Assembly (NCBI GenBank): GCA_038123275.1
Contig: JAYORG010000003.1
Coordinates: forward strand, 4,956-68,955
Direction of reading: 5' to 3'
Length of the DNA stretch: 64,000 nucleotides
Origin: Rickettsiales bacterium
GTDB lineage: Bacteria; Pseudomonadota; Alphaproteobacteria; Rickettsiales; UBA1997
Within the stretch, counting starts at the first letter, position 1; the number at the start of each line of letters is the position of its first letter. The notes beneath the pieces are model-generated. The model saw only the letters and a list, made by a program, of their open reading frames with translations, was not told the DNA's origin and searched no databases. The position numbers were made by a program, and so were the translations under genes. Below are positions 10,178 to 18,099 of this stretch, one piece after another.

Positions 10178-10513
10178 TTAGTATAAATATGCTCTAAGTT
10201 CTTTAATTACACCTTTATTCCATTCAATTATATCAGTTCCTTTTAGCACTTTGTCGTCCAGTTTTAATGTAAACTCTATGATGCTAACTTGCTTTTTTGA
10301 ATCTATAAAAATATTACTTGCTGTGAATGCTAAGCTATTTGTATTATCAAAAAGATTCTTTATCATTGCTTTAACGTCATTAATGCCCAATATTCCATTT
10401 GGGTTTGCTGGATCAAAAAGAGTTATATTATTGTCTAGCATATTACATACTGTATTTAAATCTTTTGCATCAAATGCTTTAATGTATTCTGTTGTTTTAT
10501 CAATTATATCCAT
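10178..10513 (-). CDS. NTF2/SnoaL-like small protein
   Basis: 111 aa with an alpha+beta cone-like pattern typical of the SnoaL_2/ketosteroid-isomerase-like fold. The assignment is weak. Confidence 0.35.
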   Translation of the reverse strand: MDIIDKTTEYIKAFDAKDLNTVCNMLDNNITLFDPANPNGILGINDVKAMIKNLFDNTNSLAFTASNIFIDSKKQVSIIEFTLKLDDKVLKGTDIIEWNKGVIKELRAYLY

Positions 10514-10517
10514 AATT

Positions 10518-11897
10518 TTATTTATTATTTTTATTTAATAATTCTAAATATATTTCCAGATCTGCTGGAGTTCCTGTGCCATGCATTTGATCAAATTTTA
10601 TATCATAAAAGCCAATCTTTTTATTGTCTGCAATTATATAATTATAAACAGGACAAACATAAAATTCATTATTAACTCTATCATTTTCTACTATCATGTC
10701 AATTGAGCCATCAACAAAATATCTACCTTCTTTAAATAAATATATACCAACTGTAGCTCTATTGGATATAAGCTGCTTTTCTTTTACTTGGGTTACTAAG
10801 TTATTTTCATTAATTTTAGCAAAAGACCATTTTGGATTTCTTTCTTTATCAATAAAAGTTAAAATTGATCCATCTAGACTTCGATCAAGACAATCATTTA
10901 CAAAATTCTCAATTTTAATGTCTATTATTTGATCAGAGTTAGCGATCATTAATGGTATATCATTATTAATTAAGTTTCTTGCTTTTAGAACTGTGCAAAC
11001 TGCTCCTTCTGTTAGTTTGTCAACAGAAATGAATTCAACATTGTAATGTTTTTTTATTTGAGCTACAAATTCAACCCTTTGCTCAAAATGTTCTTTTCTG
11101 ACAATTAATATATATTTGGCATTTGGGTATCTTAAATTATCTAATACTCTTTCAATCATGCATTTTCCATTAACATCAATAAATGGTTTTGGATCTTTAT
11201 ATCCTGCTTCAACAAATCTACTTCCTGCCCCAGCCATTGGAACTACTATATTAATAGATGTATTTTTATCTATTTGATTAATTCTGTTTTTAATATTTCC
11301 ATAATCAACATCTAGTATTGAGTCAACTTTTAATACATTTGCTTTACTTGCTCTTGCTGCTTTTAGTCCATTAAAATTATCTTCTATTATTAAACATTCA
11401 TCAGGGTTTAAATTCATTTTCTTAATAGCTTCAATGTAAATATCAGGATGTGGTTTTTTGTTTTTTACATCTTCGTTTGATAAAAAGAAGTCCATATATT
11501 TTAGTAGGTCAGCTTTAGATAGGAATAAATCTACCGTTTTTCTGATTGAATTGGAGCATACAGCAAGTTTATATCCATCATTTTTTAGTTTTTCCATAGC
11601 TTTTATATGTAAAGCAATGGGTTTTATGTTTTTTAGGCCAATTTCCCAGGTGTATTTTTGTTTTAAATCATTAATTTTTTGATATAACTTTTTGTCTAAG
11701 CCTCTTTCTTTAGATAAAATATCAAGTTTTTGATTTGTAGATAGTCCATCAAACCTTGTTAAATGATCTTCTCTTGAAATTATTTCTATATTATGATCTG
11801 TTAAGGCTTTATTTAGAGCTTCATAATGCCAATCTTTAGCTTCTATAAGTACTCCATCCATATCAAATAATATGGCTTTTATTTTGTTATTTGTCAT
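10518..11897 (-). CDS. fusion protein: HAD-superfamily phosphatase/mutase (beta-PGM-like) plus a sugar-phosphate nucleotidyltransferase-like domain
   Basis: The HAD motif I ILFDMDGVL lies near the N-terminus and IIEDNFNGLKAA is motif IV-like. The C-terminal half has VVPMAGAGSRF...KPFIDVNGKCMIE. The start is placed at the ATG for MTNNKIKAILFDMDG; the 19-aa extension in the ORF track overlaps the upstream gene. Confidence 0.7.
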   Translation of the reverse strand: MTNNKIKAILFDMDGVLIEAKDWHYEALNKALTDHNIEIISREDHLTRFDGLSTNQKLDILSKERGLDKKLYQKINDLKQKYTWEIGLKNIKPIALHIKAMEKLKNDGYKLAVCSNSIRKTVDLFLSKADLLKYMDFFLSNEDVKNKKPHPDIYIEAIKKMNLNPDECLIIEDNFNGLKAARASKANVLKVDSILDVDYGNIKNRINQIDKNTSINIVVPMAGAGSRFVEAGYKDPKPFIDVNGKCMIERVLDNLRYPNAKYILIVRKEHFEQRVEFVAQIKKHYNVEFISVDKLTEGAVCTVLKARNLINNDIPLMIANSDQIIDIKIENFVNDCLDRSLDGSILTFIDKERNPKWSFAKINENNLVTQVKEKQLISNRATVGIYLFKEGRYFVDGSIDMIVENDRVNNEFYVCPVYNYIIADNKKIGFYDIKFDQMHGTGTPADLEIYLELLNKNNK

Positions 11898-12525
11898 AAA
11901 AAAAATTTTTTGCTTTATCGGGGTAATCAGTGCAAATAGCCAAAGATTCAACACAATTAAGTGTTTTATAAAACTTCCATCTTGTCAAGTAGTTATCCTT
12001 CTTGTGTAATTCAGGTGAAACAATAACAATTTCTTTTTTATTTTTTAAGTGGTCGTTTAAGATTTCTTTATTAATCCATTCCTTATTAAATTCATCCATC
12101 CAGACTCCTCTAGCAATATTATAAAAAGAAGGTAGGGTTTCATAATCGCTTTGCCTAGTATATAAATTGTTAAAATCATTCCTATGATAATTTATGGCAT
12201 CTGGCACGGACATATCAAATAAAAAATAGTTATCAATGTTATATTGATTTAATAGTTCTTTAATTTTTAGCTGCAAACCGTCAGATTTAATATTAATTGC
12301 TAGAGTTAGGTTGTTCTTGAAAGATTTATATAATTTTAATAATTCTGATAATAAAATTATGTTATTACTCTTTAAGGGAATGTCGTGAGATATAACAATA
12401 CTACCATCTAAATCCCTAACATCAAACTCAATGCCAAAATTATTTTTAAAGGAATTTGTAAAGGCTTCAATTGAATTTGGCTTTATATTATCATTCCAAA
12501 AGCCTCTGTGAGATATTATTTTCAT
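11887..12525 (-). CDS. glycerophosphodiester phosphodiesterase (GDPD)-family protein
   Basis: The N-terminal ISHRGFW...NSIEAF...GIEFDVRD..GSIVISHD pattern matches the GDPD catalytic core. Confidence 0.6.
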   Translation of the reverse strand: MKIISHRGFWNDNIKPNSIEAFTNSFKNNFGIEFDVRDLDGSIVISHDIPLKSNNIILLSELLKLYKSFKNNLTLAINIKSDGLQLKIKELLNQYNIDNYFLFDMSVPDAINYHRNDFNNLYTRQSDYETLPSFYNIARGVWMDEFNKEWINKEILNDHLKNKKEIVIVSPELHKKDNYLTRWKFYKTLNCVESLAICTDYPDKAKNFFYDK

Positions 12526-12588
12526 TTTAATTATAAATTCGTGCTTGTAAGATTATGCATAATATTAATATCAGTATATTAAGGTGCA

Positions 12589-13821
12589 ATGATACAAAAA
12601 TTCTACTCATTATTTCAATTAAAATCTAAAAAGATATCAAAAGCTATTAGCTTAATTAATAGTAAGTCATCTATTTTTATCTCACAATCTGATATATTCT
12701 CTCAAGTTGGTGGTGTAGAAAAATATATAATTAACGAGATTAATCAGGTTCAACAAAATGGCATGAATGGGGTGCATTTATATAGCTATAGAAAAAAGAA
12801 TAAAATATTTCGTTTTATTAATAATTGTTATTATGGGATAAATTTAAATGATAGATCTATATGCAAGAACTTAAGCTTTAATGAGTTAAAGGAATTTATT
12901 GAAGTTTTGTCAGAAAAAAATCTTATTTCTTCTATTAATATTCATCATTTACTTAGGTGGAGAAATAAAACTAGATTAGCAAATTTTTTAAAAAGGTACA
13001 GTATAAAAAAAATCCCTATTTTTATGTACCTTCATGATAATTATTTTATATGTGAAAGTATATTTCTTCTAAAAAATAAAAAGAAATATTGTGGTGCAGC
13101 TGAAGTTAGAACGTTTGATACTAAGGAGTGCAACAGTTGTAAATATGGCAATGATAGAATTAGAAGGCACAAAAAAATATTTAAACAATTTTTTGATATT
13201 AGTACTAAAATTATAGTACCATCAAGAGTAATTTTAGATAGTTTAAGTAGATATTATAATAAAGAATATAATGGCAAGACAATATTATTTGAATTTACTT
13301 CATTTAAATTTGTAAAAAATATAAAGAAGAAATCTTTTACTAAAAAAGCTAAAATTAAAGTAGCTTTTATAGGAAATAAACTATTTACCAAGGGTTTTTA
13401 TGATTTTTTGAATTTAATAGAAAACAAAAAATTACTAGATATGTATGAGTTTTATGTTATGGGCCCAGAAGAAAGAAATCAGAATATAACCAATATAAGA
13501 ATATCTCAAAGAGAAAACACTATAGAAAAAATAGTTAAAAATAATATTGATATTACTTTTTTGTGGTCTTTGGTTCCAGAATCTTATTGTTACGTGGCCT
13601 ATGAGTCTTTTGCTGCTTCAGTTCCTATTGTAACAAGTAACATTAGTGGTAATATTTGTAGAAAAATTAATTCAGGAGATTTTTATGGTAAAGTATTTAA
13701 TTCTATATCTAGTTTATCTCAATTTCTTGAGGATAAAAATTTAGTAATAAGTTTTTTGAATAAGAACCCAAATAGTTCTTTGTTGGCTTTAGAGCATAAA
13801 TCATTTTTAAAGCAAAAGTAA
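12589..13821 (+). CDS. GT-B (GT4-like) glycosyltransferase with an internal Cys cluster
   Basis: GGVEKYI near the N-terminus and the C-terminal E-x7-E motif PESYCYVAYESFAASVPIV. The Cys cluster is C-x11-C ... C-x2-C (CESIF..YCG ... CNSC). Confidence 0.5.
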   Translation: MIQKFYSLFQLKSKKISKAISLINSKSSIFISQSDIFSQVGGVEKYIINEINQVQQNGMNGVHLYSYRKKNKIFRFINNCYYGINLNDRSICKNLSFNELKEFIEVLSEKNLISSINIHHLLRWRNKTRLANFLKRYSIKKIPIFMYLHDNYFICESIFLLKNKKKYCGAAEVRTFDTKECNSCKYGNDRIRRHKKIFKQFFDISTKIIVPSRVILDSLSRYYNKEYNGKTILFEFTSFKFVKNIKKKSFTKKAKIKVAFIGNKLFTKGFYDFLNLIENKKLLDMYEFYVMGPEERNQNITNIRISQRENTIEKIVKNNIDITFLWSLVPESYCYVAYESFAASVPIVTSNISGNICRKINSGDFYGKVFNSISSLSQFLEDKNLVISFLNKNPNSSLLALEHKSFLKQK

Positions 13822-13889
13822 CTTGACTAAATTGCCTTTAAATAGTTTATTAGTTTTCTAAGTTTGTGATATAAATAATTTTTTTAAAA

Positions 13890-14768
13890 ATGATCAAAAT
13901 AATTTCTGACGTAAGTTATCCAAGTAGCAAAATGATATCAATGGTTAATTTATGTAAATTATTTAATAAAAAAGGGCATAAATGTAATTTATATTTCCCT
14001 GGGGGTGAATTTTATGCTAACTCAAAGAGTATTTTTGATTTTAAGCCAGAAAAAAATGACATTATTATTTCCAATGATATAGCAACAAGTTCTATTTCTG
14101 ATTTAAACAAAATAAAAAAGTATTTTTTAAAACAGAATCAAAAAATTAAAAGTTATAGAAAAATTATTAATTTCTTTAAGTTCTATCTAGATATTAAAAA
14201 ATCACCTTTTAAGAAATTTATTTTATCTATATTTGATGATAAATTTTTAATTGATAAAAGAAAAAAGACTAAATTATCTCTTTTTGATCATATTCATGTT
14301 TCTGGCAATAGTATGTTAGATCTGAATAAGGGAAATAAGGTTTTTTACCTTCCTCATCCAATAGAATCTTTGAAAGAATCAACAAAGAAGAACAAAAATA
14401 TTGCAGCTATATTGGATGAAATTAAAAAAAGTAATAAAATAGAAAAATCAATTAAAAGTGCATTAGACGATAAAATGAAGAAGGTTATAATATATAGTCA
14501 TATTCAAGATCCAGTTTATTTTTATAACAAAATAACTCCATTAATGGAAAAATATCCAAAGCAAGTTTTATTTGCAGGCTTTGTTAGTGATAGACAAGAG
14601 TTGTATGATTCAGTATCTGATGTTTATAGCAATTCGGATGATATATTTTTATTAGAATCTGAGTGCAAGGCAACTAATACCAAATTACATAGTAAAAAGA
14701 AATCATCAAAAACTTTAAGTAGTAATGATGAAATATATAAAATTTGGCAACAAAAACTAGGTTTATAA
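13890..14768 (+). CDS. hypothetical protein, possibly a glycosyltransferase
   Basis: Long ORF co-directional with and 1 nt overlapping the next gene. No confident motif. Confidence 0.3.
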   Translation: MIKIISDVSYPSSKMISMVNLCKLFNKKGHKCNLYFPGGEFYANSKSIFDFKPEKNDIIISNDIATSSISDLNKIKKYFLKQNQKIKSYRKIINFFKFYLDIKKSPFKKFILSIFDDKFLIDKRKKTKLSLFDHIHVSGNSMLDLNKGNKVFYLPHPIESLKESTKKNKNIAAILDEIKKSNKIEKSIKSALDDKMKKVIIYSHIQDPVYFYNKITPLMEKYPKQVLFAGFVSDRQELYDSVSDVYSNSDDIFLLESECKATNTKLHSKKKSSKTLSSNDEIYKIWQQKLGL

Positions 14769-15517
14769 TGAGTAGCGATATTACAGTCATATTAAATGGA
14801 TTTAGAAGGGGTAAAAACTTAAATCCGCAAATTAAGGCTTTAGAAAATCAAACTGTAAAGCCTAGTGATATTATGCTTTGGTATAATAATCCTGGAAATA
14901 TTTTTAGGTATAATTTATTAGCAATTAGAAAGACAAAGGCTGCTGTAAGTAATCATAATTTTGGTGTTTGGTCTAGGTTTTTTTATAGCCTTAATGCTAA
15001 AACAAAATATGTTTGTATTTTTGACGATGACACGATTCCTGGATCTAGATGGTTAGAGAATTGTTTAAATACCATCAAGAAAAAAAGAGGCTTACTTGGA
15101 ACAATAGGATTAATTTTTGATGATAAAAAGGATTATTATAAACATAAAAGATACGGTTGGGATAATCCCAATGAAAAAATAAAACAGGTTGATATAGTTG
15201 GTCACTCTTGGTTTTTTGAAAGAGAATTTTTAACAGCATTTTGCCGAGAAATGCCTTTGCTTGATGTTAATTTGTGTGGAGAGGATATCCATTTTTCTTA
15301 TACTTTGCAAAAATATTTTAATTTAAATACCTATGTTCCTCCTCATCCAAAAGATGACAAAAGTTTATGGGGAAGTATTGATGGATGGAGATTGGGGGTT
15401 GATAAAAATGCTATATCCAGAAAACACTTAAAATCAAATGACACAACATTTCTTTATGGGGTTAATGATTATTATAAGGAATGTTTAAAAAATAATTGGA
15501 AATTACAAAAATTTTAA
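14768..15517 (+). CDS. GT-A-like glycosyltransferase
   Basis: ITVILNGFRRGKNL, typical of a GT-A beta1 strand, and a DxD-like FDDDTIPG. The start ATG at 14768 overlaps the preceding TAA (TAATG). Confidence 0.5.
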   Translation: MSSDITVILNGFRRGKNLNPQIKALENQTVKPSDIMLWYNNPGNIFRYNLLAIRKTKAAVSNHNFGVWSRFFYSLNAKTKYVCIFDDDTIPGSRWLENCLNTIKKKRGLLGTIGLIFDDKKDYYKHKRYGWDNPNEKIKQVDIVGHSWFFEREFLTAFCREMPLLDVNLCGEDIHFSYTLQKYFNLNTYVPPHPKDDKSLWGSIDGWRLGVDKNAISRKHLKSNDTTFLYGVNDYYKECLKNNWKLQKF

Positions 15518-16296
15518 TGAAGGAATTTAAAAAAGATTTCAATAAATTACTAAATTTACTAAGAAGTAAAGAGCCGTTTGCATTTAATAGGTTTTCTGAT
15601 GGAGAATTATTTATTTTGCAAAATAAAGAGCTAATTCTTGATAAAAATTTAGTAAAAGTAGGCACTAATGTTAGTGGTGGACCTTATCAAAAGGAGGATT
15701 TTAAAAGATTTGATCCAGAAGAGCATGCATTTTTTAAGGATAAGTTGGTAGAATCTTTTAAGTTTAGTAAAAAGAATTACTTTAAAGGCCTTAGCTGTAG
15801 GTGCTGTGTTGGCCAAGAAGATTTTGACTGGCAATTAAATCTAATAAAAAATGATAAGAGAACTAGTAATTTTACTTGGGCTAATTTATTGGTAAATGCT
15901 AATTATCCAGATCTTATTCATGAAATGTATCCTTTATTTAATAAATATAAAACTGTTGTTATTTGCAATGAAAAGGCTGATTTATCATCTATGCCATTTG
16001 TGGTTAAAGATTTTAGGGTTGGTTATAATGCAATGGTTAATGACTATGATTTAATAGAGAAAATAAAAAAATGGATATCAAAAAATAATATTGAAGGATA
16101 TCTTTTTCTATTTTCTGCTTCTGCTTTTAGTAAGATGGCCATACATCAATTATATGAGTCTTGTGATCAAAATACTTATATGGATATAGGAACTACTCTA
16201 AATTCTTTTATTAAAATGAGATTAGATAGATCATATTTAAAGGAATTTTGGCTTGGAGCTAAAGGTTGTGATCTTAATAAAGTATGTATTTGGTAA
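15517..16296 (+). CDS. hypothetical protein, possibly a GT-D/DUF1792-like glycosyltransferase
   Basis: N-terminal FNRFSDGELF resembles the RFGDGE motif of DUF1792 as I remember it. The start ATG overlaps the preceding TAA. Confidence 0.3.
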   Translation: MKEFKKDFNKLLNLLRSKEPFAFNRFSDGELFILQNKELILDKNLVKVGTNVSGGPYQKEDFKRFDPEEHAFFKDKLVESFKFSKKNYFKGLSCRCCVGQEDFDWQLNLIKNDKRTSNFTWANLLVNANYPDLIHEMYPLFNKYKTVVICNEKADLSSMPFVVKDFRVGYNAMVNDYDLIEKIKKWISKNNIEGYLFLFSASAFSKMAIHQLYESCDQNTYMDIGTTLNSFIKMRLDRSYLKEFWLGAKGCDLNKVCIW

Positions 16297-16718
16297 TAAT
16301 GGTTTTTAAATTAGTTAAATGTCAAAAAGAATATTATGAATTTATAAGACTGCTTAGAACTGATCCAAGAATTAAATCTGCATTTATTTCTCAAAAGGAA
16401 ATAACAAAAGATGAACAGGAAAAATATATGAAAATATATCAAGATGATTATTATATTTGTTTAAATGAAGGGAATCCAGTAGGTTTTATAGGAATAGTTA
16501 GCAATGACATAAGGCTTGCTGTAAGTCCAGAATTTCAAAATAAGGGTATTGCTTCTTTTATGTTGAAAGAAATAAATCTTATGAGGGATGATTATGAAGT
16601 AAAAATTAAATCTGATAATATATCTAGTATTAATTTTTTTAAAAAAAATGGCTTTATTGAAAAAGAAAGACAATTTATAAATAATGACGAAGTAGTAATA
16701 ATGCAAAAAATAAAATGA
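16284..16718 (+). CDS. GNAT-family N-acetyltransferase
   Basis: Acetyl-CoA-binding motif-A-like QNKGIASFMLKE and ~140 aa length. An alternative ATG at 16299 would remove the overlap with the upstream gene. Confidence 0.65.
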   Translation: MYLVIMVFKLVKCQKEYYEFIRLLRTDPRIKSAFISQKEITKDEQEKYMKIYQDDYYICLNEGNPVGFIGIVSNDIRLAVSPEFQNKGIASFMLKEINLMRDDYEVKIKSDNISSINFFKKNGFIEKERQFINNDEVVIMQKIK

Positions 16719-17335
16719 CACTAAAGAGTATAAAACATAACCCATTTCAAGTTGTAAGAATGTTTGAAGAAGAAGTGGCTGAATATACAGGAGCTCCTTA
16801 TGCTATTGCTGTTGATTCTTGTACTAATGCTATATTTTTAGCATGCAAATATTTACAAGTTAAAAATGTTGAGGTTCCTAAAAAAACTTATTTATCAGTT
16901 CCTCAATCTGTACAGCATGCTGGAGGAAAGGTTATTTTCAAAGATATTGATTGGTCAGGAATATATCAATTAAAGCCCTACCCTATATATGATGCAGCAA
17001 AAAGATTTACCTCTGATATGTATATTAAAGATTCTTTTATGTGTCTTAGTTTTCATATTAAAAAATTACTACCAATTGGGAAGGGTGGTGTAATTTTAAC
17101 TGATAATAAAGAGGCTGTAGATTGGTTTAGAAAAGCAAGGTATGAAGGAAGGTCTGAAAAGAATTATATGCAAGATAATATTAAATTTTCTGGATGGAAT
17201 ATGTATATGTCACCAGAGCAAGCTGCAAGAGGATTGTTCTTGATGTTAAACTATCCTAAAGATATGCCAGATTTAATAGAAAATGAAGGTCGTGGTTATA
17301 AAGATCTTACTGAGTTTGATTTATATAAAGATTAA
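16715..17335 (+). CDS. short DegT/DnrJ/EryC1-like PLP-enzyme homologue (206 aa, roughly half normal length)
   Basis: FEEEVAEYTGAPYAIAVDSCTNAIFLA and LSFHIKKLLPIGKGGVILT match the N-terminal and Lys-containing segments of sugar aminotransferases. The usual C-terminal domain is absent. Confidence 0.5.
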   Translation: MTLKSIKHNPFQVVRMFEEEVAEYTGAPYAIAVDSCTNAIFLACKYLQVKNVEVPKKTYLSVPQSVQHAGGKVIFKDIDWSGIYQLKPYPIYDAAKRFTSDMYIKDSFMCLSFHIKKLLPIGKGGVILTDNKEAVDWFRKARYEGRSEKNYMQDNIKFSGWNMYMSPEQAARGLFLMLNYPKDMPDLIENEGRGYKDLTEFDLYKD

Positions 17336-17417
17336 TTAATCTTGTTGATTTATTTTTAATTATATTAAATACTAACTACCTCGCAATAGAGTTTTATGAA
17401 CTAATAATAATAATTTT

Positions 17418-18083
17418 ATGGATATCAAATTAGCTGAGTGGTCTGGAGCAGTTTCAACGCCAGAATTTATTTTATCACTTTTTCTAACCTTTATTTTTGG
17501 GTTTATTCTGAAAATGCATTTTGTGCATTATGGAGGAGTGATAGGTAACAGGTATGGGTTTTCTAGAATTCTGCCTACAATAGCATTAACGACCCTATTT
17601 GTGATTACTATTGTAAAGTCTTCACTTGCTTTATCTCTTGGTTTAGTTGGGGCATTGTCAATTGTACGTTTTAGGACTCCAATAAAAGAACCAGAAGAAT
17701 TGGCTTATATTTTTACTGCTATTGCTATTGGTTTAGGTTTTGGTGCCGGTCATATGTTAATAACATCTATTGCTACTACATTTATTTTGATAGTTACGAC
17801 TAGATTGAAGCGTTTTAATAAGCAAAAGAATAAGAGTATGTATCTGTTTTTAGAAATAGAAAATGAAAAAGTAAATCATAACGATATTAATGATATTATT
17901 TTTAAAACCATTGATTCTGCTGATTTAAGAAGATATGACACTTCTAAAGAAATATCAATATTGCATTATATATTAAATATTAGAAATAATAGTGATTTAG
18001 ATAAAATTATCTCTTCTTTAAAGAAAAAATATAAGAATGCATCAATATCATTCTTTGATAGCAATGATGCTCCTAAAATATAA
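17418..18083 (+). CDS. DUF4956-like polytopic membrane protein
   Basis: At least 4 hydrophobic segments and the motif LSIVRFRTPIKEPEELAYIFTAIAIGLGFG, followed by a soluble ~90-aa C-terminal domain. Confidence 0.65.
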   Translation: MDIKLAEWSGAVSTPEFILSLFLTFIFGFILKMHFVHYGGVIGNRYGFSRILPTIALTTLFVITIVKSSLALSLGLVGALSIVRFRTPIKEPEELAYIFTAIAIGLGFGAGHMLITSIATTFILIVTTRLKRFNKQKNKSMYLFLEIENEKVNHNDINDIIFKTIDSADLRRYDTSKEISILHYILNIRNNSDLDKIISSLKKKYKNASISFFDSNDAPKI

Positions 18084-18099
18084 TTTTTTGCTTTGATGT

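Noticed and set aside
10518-11954. N-terminal extensions in the ORF track: 19 aa here, 13 aa at 21549, 27 aa at 33973, 12 aa at 48362, 8 aa at 14744 and 7 aa at 15496.
   Set aside because: Each extension overlaps the preceding gene and precedes an ATG placed at or next to that gene's stop. The family motifs begin right after the internal ATG, so I used the shorter starts.
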